Source: Candidatus Spongiisociaceae bacterium
Lineage (GTDB): Bacteria > Actinomycetota > Acidimicrobiia > Spongiisociales > Spongiisociaceae
Length of the DNA stretch: 64,000 bases
Assembly: GCA_965202665.1 (NCBI GenBank)
Contig: OZ241841.1
Coordinates: forward strand, 2,528,001 to 2,592,000
Reading direction: 5' to 3'
Both the position numbers and the translations under genes were made by a program. The notes beneath the pieces were generated by a model. It had not been told where the DNA came from. It worked only from the letters and a program-made list of their open reading frames with translations, and made no database searches. Positions 56,492-64,000 of the stretch are shown piece by piece (the first letter of the stretch is position 1; each line of letters starts with the position of its first letter).

Positions 56492-56758
56492 ATGACTGAA
56501 GCGGATAGGGAGTCTGTGATGGCCCCGGTTGCCGGGAGGGTTGAGGTTGCTGATCCTCCAAGCTGGTTTGACGATCCGGCCAACCAGGTTGCGATAGAAG
56601 AATGGGTTGCGTCAGTGGAGCGGGGCGACTCGGACCATGCGGCGGCGGTGGAGGAACTTGTCCGTAGGTGGGAGGCGAAAGGATGGCGGATCGTTCCTGG
56701 CGAGCAACCGGGGGACCCGCCGCGCGGGGTGCGCATCGGGGAGACGGAAAGCAAATAA
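56492..56758 (+). CDS. Small acidic protein, putative antitoxin (homologue of 38459-38707)
   Basis: ADPPSWFDD...H...VEE..RR..A.G; starts 7 nt after upstream stop. Confidence 0.65.
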   Translation: MTEADRESVMAPVAGRVEVADPPSWFDDPANQVAIEEWVASVERGDSDHAAAVEELVRRWEAKGWRIVPGEQPGDPPRGVRIGETESK

Positions 56759-56832
56759 CTCAAGCTCGCGGCCTTTGCGGGCGTTTGTTTCTGTAGTGAT
56801 TTTAGGTGGCGGGGGCGGGCTACGATTGGCCT

Positions 56833-59481
56833 ATGTCGCTTTTGGCGTTGCTTGACGGGCACAGCCTGGCCTACCGGGCTTTCTACGCCCTGCCCGAAAC
56901 TTTGGCCACCGCCTCCGGGCAGGTGACCAACGCCGTCTACGGGTTCACCTCCATGCTCATCAAACTGCTGGGGGACCACTCGCCGGACGGGTTGGCGGTG
57001 GCGTGGGACGCGGGGCGGGACACCTTCCGCACCGAGCAGTTCCCCGAGTACAAGGCGCAACGGTCCGCCGCCCCGGATTCGTTCCGCAGTCAGCTCCCGC
57101 TAATCCAAGAGGTGCTGGAGGCGATGGGGATCCCCCAGTTGAAGCGCGAAAACTACGAGGCGGACGATGTGATCGCCACTTTGGCCCGCCGGGCGGAGGC
57201 GGACGGGTGGGAGGTGCTGGTGGTGACCGGCGACCGGGACAGCTTCCAGTTGGTCACCCCGGGCATCAAAGTGCTGTACACCCGCCGGGGCATCACCGAC
57301 ACGGTGCTGGCCGACGCCGCCTGGATCGAAGAAAAGTACGGGGTGCGGCCCGACCAGTACTTGGAGTACGCCGCCCTGCGGGGAGACTCCTCCGACAACC
57401 TGCCCGGCGTGCCGGGGGTGGGGGAGAAAACCGCTTCCCGGCTGGTGGCCGCCTACGGGGATGTGGACGGGGTGTTCGCCCATCTGGAGGAGGAGAAACC
57501 CAAACTGCGGGAGAGCCTGGCCGTGCATCGCGGGCAGGTGCTGGACAACCGCCGGTTGATGGCCTTGGTGGACGACCTGGAATTGGAGTTCGCCCCCGGC
57601 GATTTGGAGCGCCGCCCCCCGCACCGGGAGGCCCTGCAAACGGTGTTCGACCGGCTGGAGTTCGCCACTTTGTGGGAACGGCTCGCCGAATTGGAGGGCG
57701 GAATTCCCGGCCCGGTCCAAAACCGGACTTTGGAGGTGGAGGTGCGGGAGTTGCAAACCGCCGGACAGGTGCGGAAGTTGGCGGAAAGCGGGGGGCTGGC
57801 GGTGGAGCCGGTGCGCGACGGAAGCCGTTTGGCGGGTTTGGCGGCCGCCCCCGAACCGGCGGACGAAGAAGCGGGCCCGCAACCGGTGTTCTACGTTCCG
57901 GCCTCGTTGCTGGGGGAACTGGCCCCCGCCTTGGCCGACCCGGATTTTCCCCTGTCGGCCCATGGAGTCAAAAGTTTGGTTAGGGACCTGCTGGACGCCG
58001 GGGCGGGGGAGGCGGCCGGTTTGGCCTTCGACTCGGAGTTGGCCGCCTATCTGCTCAACCCGGCCAGCCGGCGCAACGCTTTGGAGGACCTGGCCCGGCA
58101 ACGGCTGGGCGCGGAGTTGACGGCGGCGGACGACGGCGGCGATTCCGAATCCCAAGGGGCCCTTGATTTCACCGCCGGCCCCGATTTGACGGCGGCCGCC
58201 CGCCGGGCGGTGGCGGTCCGCCGGTTGCGCCCCCTCATGGAAGCGGAGTTGGCGGAGACCGGCCAACTGGAGTTGCTGTCCGGCATGGAACTGCCCCTGG
58301 CTCCGGCCCTGGCCCGGATGGAACGGACGGGCATCCGCGTGGACCGCCCCTACCTGGAACAGCTGGGCGATTCCCTGCGGGAGGAGCTGTCCGCCCTGGA
58401 AAACGAAATATACGAGGAGGCGGGTGGCCCTTTCAAAATCAATTCCACCCTGCAATTGCGCAAAGTCCTGTACGAAGACCTGCGCTTGCCGGTTTCCAAA
58501 AAAACCCCCAAAGGGGCGCCCAGCACCGACGCCTCGGTGCTGGCCAAACTGGAGGGGGCGCATCCCATCATCGGCAAACTGCTCGGCTTCCGGGAGCGGG
58601 AGAAACTGCGCAGCACCTACGTGGACGGCTACCTGCCGCTCATCGGGGAGGACGGACGCATCCGGGCCCGCTTCAACCAGACCGCCGCCGCCACCGGACG
58701 GCTCTCCTCCGACCATCCCAACTTGCAGAATATTCCGGTGCGCTCCGAACGGGGACGCACCATCCGCCGGGCCTTCATCCCCCGGGAGGGGTGGCGGTTC
58801 GTGGTGGCCGACTATTCGCAGATCGAGTTGCGGATTCTGGCCCACCTGTCCCAGGACCGGGGCCTGCTGGCCGCTTTCGCCGCCGGGGAGGACATCCACG
58901 CCGCCACCGCGGCCGGAGTGTTCGACGTTCCCATGGAGGCGGTCACCCCCGAGTTGCGGAGACGGGCCAAAGGCATCAATTTCGGCCTGCTGTACGGGAT
59001 GGAATCTTTCGGTTTGGCGGAACGGCTGGAAATCAGCCGGGAGGAGGCGGCCGGGCATATGGACGACTATTTCGCCCAGTTCCCCCAAGTGCGGGACTTT
59101 TTGGACAAGATGGTGGAAGACGCCCGCCGCGCCGGTTACACCACCACCATCTTCGGACGGCGCCGTTACCTGCCGGAGCTGTCCTCCGATGACTACCGGG
59201 TTCGGCAGATGGGGGAGCGCATGGCCCTCAACGCCCCGGTGCAGGGTTCGGCGGCCGACATCATCAAACTGGCCATGGTGGAGTTGGATCGCCGGTTGCC
59301 GGAAGTGGAGGCCGCCCTGCTCCTGCAAGTGCATGACGAGCTGGTGTTGGAGGCGGCCCCGGGGGCGGCGGGGGCGGCGGCGCAGCTGGTGACGGAGGTG
59401 ATGGAGGGGGTGGTCTCGTTGGATGTGGCGCTGACGGTGGATATCGCCACCGGCTCCGATTTGGCTTCGGTGAAAGGTTAG
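56833..59481 (+). CDS. polA: DNA polymerase I
   Basis: LDGHSLAYRAF, EADDVI, GDSSDNLPGVPG.GEKTA, DYSQIELR, NAPVQGSAADI, VHDEL. Confidence 0.98.
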   Translation: MSLLALLDGHSLAYRAFYALPETLATASGQVTNAVYGFTSMLIKLLGDHSPDGLAVAWDAGRDTFRTEQFPEYKAQRSAAPDSFRSQLPLIQEVLEAMGIPQLKRENYEADDVIATLARRAEADGWEVLVVTGDRDSFQLVTPGIKVLYTRRGITDTVLADAAWIEEKYGVRPDQYLEYAALRGDSSDNLPGVPGVGEKTASRLVAAYGDVDGVFAHLEEEKPKLRESLAVHRGQVLDNRRLMALVDDLELEFAPGDLERRPPHREALQTVFDRLEFATLWERLAELEGGIPGPVQNRTLEVEVRELQTAGQVRKLAESGGLAVEPVRDGSRLAGLAAAPEPADEEAGPQPVFYVPASLLGELAPALADPDFPLSAHGVKSLVRDLLDAGAGEAAGLAFDSELAAYLLNPASRRNALEDLARQRLGAELTAADDGGDSESQGALDFTAGPDLTAAARRAVAVRRLRPLMEAELAETGQLELLSGMELPLAPALARMERTGIRVDRPYLEQLGDSLREELSALENEIYEEAGGPFKINSTLQLRKVLYEDLRLPVSKKTPKGAPSTDASVLAKLEGAHPIIGKLLGFREREKLRSTYVDGYLPLIGEDGRIRARFNQTAAATGRLSSDHPNLQNIPVRSERGRTIRRAFIPREGWRFVVADYSQIELRILAHLSQDRGLLAAFAAGEDIHAATAAGVFDVPMEAVTPELRRRAKGINFGLLYGMESFGLAERLEISREEAAGHMDDYFAQFPQVRDFLDKMVEDARRAGYTTTIFGRRRYLPELSSDDYRVRQMGERMALNAPVQGSAADIIKLAMVELDRRLPEVEAALLLQVHDELVLEAAPGAAGAAAQLVTEVMEGVVSLDVALTVDIATGSDLASVKG

Positions 59482-59644
59482 TTTCCCGGATGCGCTATCC
59501 TGCCCGGAGGCGGGGACGCGTTCTCGGCTTTCTCAACTTTTTGATACTCCCGCCCGAAATGATGCTACGCTTTACCGCATCCCTGTGGACGCGATCAGGC
59601 GTCCGCTTAGAAATCCAAATCCCCCGAAGGTGAAAAATAAACAC

Positions 59645-61501
59645 ATGACGAACATCGAGCACGGCGCCCCGTCCGACGACACGGCGTCCCCCCCCGGCGC
59701 CGTCGGCCAAGAAGCCGACCGGGACCTCAAGGCAGAGGAGTCGGCGCCCATCCCGGAACAGGCCGCCGCCGAGGTCGCAACCCATCCAGCCCCGGTTCCG
59801 GAAACCCCCGCACCCGTCGCGATGGAGGAGGACGCGTCCGGGGAACCAACCCCCGAACCCGTTTCCGGCCCCCATCCGCCCCCGGAGGCCGCCGCCCCTC
59901 CGCCCGCCGCCGAGCCCTCCCCGGATGACCCTCCCGCCGCGGAGTCCCCCATTCCCCAAGAGGAGAACGAGGAAGAAGCCGCAACCAATGCCGGTTCCGA
60001 CCCCGACCCCGATGTTTCACCTGACTACGCGGCGACGGAGCCCCCGCCCCCTTCGGCCGACGCTCCGGTTGCGACGGGGGGCGATGTCCCGGAGGCCGCC
60101 CCCGATCTCGCCGCCGCGGATATTTCCGGCCCGGCCCCCGACCAGCCCGCCGCGGCCCCCTCCTCGCCGTCCGACCCGTCCCCGGCGGAGCCCGGCGGCG
60201 GCCCGGATTCGGCGGAGGGCCCGCCCGCCATCAAGGCCCGCAGCGTCAGTTCCCTCCCCGACGACATCGGCCCCGAAGATTTCGAATCGGCCATCGCCGA
60301 AACGGTGCCGGAGTTCAAAGACGGCGACATCATCGAAGGCCGGGTGGTCAACATCTCCCAAGACGAGGTGCTGGTGGACATCGGATACAAGTCGGAGGGG
60401 GTGGTTCCCCTGCGGGAGTTGTCCATCCGCAAAAACGTTCCGCCCAGCGAAGTGGTTGAAATGGGGCAGGTCATCGAGGTGCTGGTGTTGGAGAAGGAGG
60501 ATGAGGACGGCCGTCTGATCCTGTCCATGAAGCGGGCCCAGTACGAGCGGGCCTGGGGGCGCATCGAGAGTTTGCGCACCGGGGGGGATACGGTGAAAGG
60601 GGTGGTGATCGAAGTGGTGAAAGGCGGGTTGATCGTGGACATCGGCCTGCGGGGTTTCCTGCCCGCTTCGCTGATCGATCTGCGCCGGGTGCGGGATTTG
60701 GACCAGTTCGTGAACCAGGAAATAGAAGCGAAGGTGATCGAGTTGGACCGCAACCGCAACAACGTAGTGCTGTCCCGCCGGGCCCATTTGGAGGAGGAGA
60801 AGGCCGAGCAACGCACCGCCTTCATGGACAATTTGAAGGAAGGCGAGGTGCGGGAGGGCAGCATTTCGTCGGTGGTCGCCTTCGGGGCTTTCGTCGACTT
60901 GGGCGGCATGGACGGGCTGGTGCATGTTTCCGAACTGAGTTGGCAACATGTCAATCATCCGTCCGAGGTGGTAAAAGTGGGGGAGAACGTGACCGTAAAA
61001 GTGCTGGAGATCGACCGGGAACGCACTCGTATTTCCCTGTCCATCAAGCAGACCACCGAAGACCCGTGGCAGGCTTTCGTCGCCTCCACCGAGGTGGGGG
61101 TGGTTCTGGAAGGGACGGTGATCAAGACCGTTCCGTTCGGGGCCTTCGTGTCGGTCGGCCACGGGGTGGAGGGCCTGGTGCATGTGTCGGAGATAGCCAT
61201 GCACCGGGTGGAGTCCCCGGAGATGGAACTGTCCATCGGGCAGAACGTGACGGTGAAGTTGACCGAATTGGACGAGGCGCGCCGCCGGGCCAGTTTTTCC
61301 ATCAAGCAGGCCCTGCCCAACTATTCGCCTTCGCAACCTTCGGACGGCCCCCGTCCCCCCCGTCGCCACGCCGCCCCGCCCAAGGTGCGCGAGTTCGAAT
61401 CCGAGGACAAAGGGGACGAGGAGGAACCCAAGTCGGTGGAGGTGGACGCTTCTTTGGAGGAGATTCTCCAAGAACTCAAAGAGCGCGGCATCGGCCGCTG
61501 A
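59645..61501 (+). CDS. rpsA: 30S ribosomal protein S1 with long acidic Pro/Ala-rich N-terminal extension
   Basis: Four S1 domains (VDIGYKSEG, GLRGFLPAS, DGLVHVSELSW, EGLVHVSE); start uncertain. Confidence 0.93.
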   Translation: MTNIEHGAPSDDTASPPGAVGQEADRDLKAEESAPIPEQAAAEVATHPAPVPETPAPVAMEEDASGEPTPEPVSGPHPPPEAAAPPPAAEPSPDDPPAAESPIPQEENEEEAATNAGSDPDPDVSPDYAATEPPPPSADAPVATGGDVPEAAPDLAAADISGPAPDQPAAAPSSPSDPSPAEPGGGPDSAEGPPAIKARSVSSLPDDIGPEDFESAIAETVPEFKDGDIIEGRVVNISQDEVLVDIGYKSEGVVPLRELSIRKNVPPSEVVEMGQVIEVLVLEKEDEDGRLILSMKRAQYERAWGRIESLRTGGDTVKGVVIEVVKGGLIVDIGLRGFLPASLIDLRRVRDLDQFVNQEIEAKVIELDRNRNNVVLSRRAHLEEEKAEQRTAFMDNLKEGEVREGSISSVVAFGAFVDLGGMDGLVHVSELSWQHVNHPSEVVKVGENVTVKVLEIDRERTRISLSIKQTTEDPWQAFVASTEVGVVLEGTVIKTVPFGAFVSVGHGVEGLVHVSEIAMHRVESPEMELSIGQNVTVKLTELDEARRRASFSIKQALPNYSPSQPSDGPRPPRRHAAPPKVREFESEDKGDEEEPKSVEVDASLEEILQELKERGIGR

Positions 61502-61508
61502 GTCCGCA

Positions 61509-62123
61509 ATGGGGCGGATGGCGGCTTCCCGCCCGGTTCGGATTATGGTGTGCGGGGGGATCGGTTCCGGCAAGTCGGCGGCGGGCGGGTTGTTGGCGGA
61601 ACGGGGTTTTACGGTGATCGACGCCGACCGGGTGGGGCACGGCCTGTTGGAGCCGGGTCATCCGGTGGCCGGTCGGGTGGCGGCCCGTTGGCCGCAGGCG
61701 GCGACGGGGGGCCGCGTGAACCGTTCGCTTTTGGGGGGGATGGTGTTCGCCGACCCGGAGCAGTTGCGGGAGTTGGAGGCGATGACCCATCCCGAGATCG
61801 GCCGCCTCATCCGAGAGCGGGCCGCCCGGGCCGGGGGGTCGCCGGCGGCGGTGGAAGTGCCCGTGCTGAGGGGGGTGGCGGATGTTCTGTCGGAGGAGGG
61901 TTGGCTGCGGGTGGTGGTGGACGCCCCCGACGAGATGCGCCGCGCCCGCCTGGCGCAACGGGGAATGGCCGAGGGGGACATCGAGCTCCGCATGGCCGCC
62001 CAACCCACCCGCGAGCAGTGGCGGGCCGCCGCCGACTTTCTGCTCCCCAACCGAGATTCCCTCCGCGCTCTGGAGCGGGAAGTGGACGGGTTGCTGTCCT
62101 GGCTGAACGCCCGCCCCGGTTGA
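61509..62123 (+). CDS. coaE: Dephospho-CoA kinase
   Basis: GGIGSGKS, IDAD.V, VF.DP...LE..THP, R...Q. Confidence 0.93.
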   Translation: MGRMAASRPVRIMVCGGIGSGKSAAGGLLAERGFTVIDADRVGHGLLEPGHPVAGRVAARWPQAATGGRVNRSLLGGMVFADPEQLRELEAMTHPEIGRLIRERAARAGGSPAAVEVPVLRGVADVLSEEGWLRVVVDAPDEMRRARLAQRGMAEGDIELRMAAQPTREQWRAAADFLLPNRDSLRALEREVDGLLSWLNARPG

Positions 62124-62247
62124 GATAGCGGCCCGGGCGGGCCGGCGCTTTCAAGCCCGGGTGACGTTTCTTTCCGTCAAATCAGGCACGCGATTTGTTG
62201 GCAGGCCGCCCGGGTTTGACGCAGGCCCGCCGGGATGTTCGATTGAC

Positions 62248-62275
62248 TTGACATATTGGGGGGGGGGGGTAGCGT
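62248..62275 (+). promoter_or_regulatory. Promoter TTGACA-N16-TAGCGT with G12 tract in the spacer
   Basis: TTGACA 62248-53, TATT, G12 62258-69, TAGCGT 62270-75, upstream of adhesin gene. Confidence 0.65.
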
Positions 62276-62342
62276 TTGCGTAGGGTGCCGGTTCGCGGCG
62301 CCGTGCGGCGGAGCGGATATGCGGAGGATTGGAGGTTGGGTG

Positions 62343-64000
62343 ATGCGGCGGTTGGCGGTGTTGTCGTTGGCGGCGGGGTTGGTGTGGTCGGTGTTGCCGG
62401 TTGTCCCGGCGGCGGTGGGGGCGCAGACGGTGATTACGCTCAGCGTGGTGGAGGCGACGAGCGCCAGAGCCGCGATCACTTCGGTGGGGGAGGACAGTGC
62501 TACTTCGGGTAAGGACCTTTATTTGAGGGCGTCGGTGCCTTCGGCGGTGACTTCTAGTGTGACTGTGACTGTTTCTCGGGGTGGGACCGCTACCGTAAAT
62601 AATGTGCACAGGGTTTTTTCCTTAAGGGAAACTAGGACGGAGTGTCGAGGTGGTGATGCGTGTATTGACTCATCTACTAATTTTAATGTTACTATTGGTG
62701 TGGGTCAGACGATCGGTTATAATATAGTCCCTTGGCAACTTTTGACGCGGGCGGATAGGATTACGGAGGAGCATGAGACTATCACCTTCTCCGGTGCCGC
62801 TTCTAAGTCTGGGTATAGGGTGAATGGTACTACTTTGACGATCACCGATCAGGATCGGGCAATTAAGGTGAACATATCGCCGGATACGGTATGGGAGAGA
62901 GGAGAAAGCGAATCTTTGAATAGAACCTATGGTCATGTCTATGAACCCACGGCAAAGCCTGTGGTGGGTGGAGTGACGAATGGTGTGTTTACTGCTTCTA
63001 CTTCTTCAACTTACGGCCGAAGTTTAGATTACCAAAAGACAGGAGATACCGAGGTTATGCGAATAATGTCACAGGCGGGAACCGCTAGGTTACTAGGAAC
63101 GGTCAATGAGGAAACATATTTTGATACGGATGTCACTGTAGGTCATAATAGGGATGATGATAATCCTGTAGGTGTGAGGATAGCCGCCAATTCGATTTCC
63201 GGGACTCTCCATGCCGTGCATACTATTAGCGGCATCTACCGAATACAAGTTAGAAGGGATGAGGTGGTGGAGCCGGATGAGGTTGTTTATGTTAGGTTGA
63301 ACACCGTCCCGTCGGGTTGGACGGTGTTTAGGACTCCGATTACGATTAAGGATGCGAATCGGGTGGGTTTTACGGTGGATACCGATGGCGGTGAGATGGG
63401 TGACCAAGATACTATTGCTGAGGGGGCGTCCGGTTCGGGGGTGTCGGTGGAGGCTGCTTTTTGGAATGCGACGTCGTCGGTGATTCCTTCGGCGACGACG
63501 GTGACGTTGTCGGCGGCGGCGCAGACTCCGGCGGGGGCGGGGAAGGCGACGGCGGCTGATTTCACGTATGCTCCGTCGACGCCGAATACGATTTCTTTCC
63601 CGGCTAGAAGTATCACTGCGTCGGGTACGGCGACGTTGGCGGGCTTGACGATCACTGATGATGCGGTGGTGGAGGGGCCGGAAACCTTCCAAGTGGGTGG
63701 GTCGTCGGCGTTGGGGGCCGCTCGGTCGTCTGTGTTGACGATTTATGATGATGACGCGGATATTGAGTTGGAGGTGTCTCCGTCGTCGGTGGAGGAGCAG
63801 GCGGGGGCGCATCAGGTTAGGGTGACGGCTCGGTTTAAGGGGTCGTCGTCGGTTTTGGCGTCGGCGACTGATGTGGCGGTGACGGTGGCGGGGGAGGGCG
63901 GTGCGACTTTGTCGTCGTCGTGTCCGGTGTCTGGCGGGGATGATGCTTGTACCAGTTTGACGGGTAATGCGACCACGATTTCCATTCCGGCGGGTGGGAC
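62343..64000 (+). CDS. Large secreted Calx-beta-repeat surface protein/adhesin (5' part, runs off window)
   Basis: Hand-translated frame open to the window end; GGAGG RBS; signal peptide MRRLAVLSLAAGLVWSVLPVVPAAVGA-Q; repeats DRITEEHETITF..LTITDQD, DEVVEPDEVV..ITIKD, DDAVVEGPETFQV..LTIYDDD. Confidence 0.88.
   Translation, partial: MRRLAVLSLAAGLVWSVLPVVPAAVGAQTVITLSVVEATSARAAITSVGEDSATSGKDLYLRASVPSAVTSSVTVTVSRGGTATVNNVHRVFSLRETRTECRGGDACIDSSTNFNVTIGVGQTIGYNIVPWQLLTRADRITEEHETITFSGAASKSGYRVNGTTLTITDQDRAIKVNISPDTVWERGESESLNRTYGHVYEPTAKPVVGGVTNGVFTASTSSTYGRSLDYQKTGDTEVMRIMSQAGTARLLGTVNEETYFDTDVTVGHNRDDDNPVGVRIAANSISGTLHAVHTISGIYRIQVRRDEVVEPDEVVYVRLNTVPSGWTVFRTPITIKDANRVGFTVDTDGGEMGDQDTIAEGASGSGVSVEAAFWNATSSVIPSATTVTLSAAAQTPAGAGKATAADFTYAPSTPNTISFPARSITASGTATLAGLTITDDAVVEGPETFQVGGSSALGAARSSVLTIYDDDADIELEVSPSSVEEQAGAHQVRVTARFKGSSSVLASATDVAVTVAGEGGATLSSSCPVSGGDDACTSLTGNATTISIPAGG

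Noticed and set aside
56017-56830. Integrative element or prophage att site at tRNA-Leu
   Set aside because: No integrase and no duplicated tRNA 3' end visible
1-64000. CRISPR array or cas genes
   Set aside because: No regularly spaced 25-40 bp repeats with unique spacers seen; the repeats found are gene or domain duplications

Overview
High-GC actinobacterial chromosome segment. Gene content and order suggest class Acidimicrobiia, and the Calx-beta adhesin plus TA/RM load are compatible with a host-associated lineage (both inferences). Layout: (i) 67-2754, tail of an operon with a divergent PLP desulfhydrase-family enzyme, a divergent argininosuccinate-lyase-family enzyme and a Zn-ribbon protein; (ii) ~2760-15850, an accessory/defence island with no integrase: AT-rich orphan, DUF222-HNH, secreted SLH-like + tandem Cache protein, three tandem excisionase-type HTH genes, a PLD-SNF2 helicase + N6-adenine MTase pair, and a duplicated putative antitoxin + PIN toxin; (iii) 16197-33237, dcw cluster mraZ to divIVA without murF; (iv) ileS, dksA/traR-like, lspA, rluA-family, dnaE, thyA, nth, transporters, trp operon, tRNA-Leu(CAA), polA, rpsA, coaE; (v) start of a large secreted Calx-beta protein that runs off the window. 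Best novelty candidates: an unrecognised two-gene toxin/antitoxin-like cassette present as two divergent homologous copies (38.5 kb and 56.2 kb); two 12-nt G/C tracts placed where slippage could cause phase variation (adhesin promoter spacer, helicase-nuclease ORF); and apparently toxin-less antitoxin-like genes flanking the restriction-like system. All assignments come from motif reading by eye; no database searches were run.
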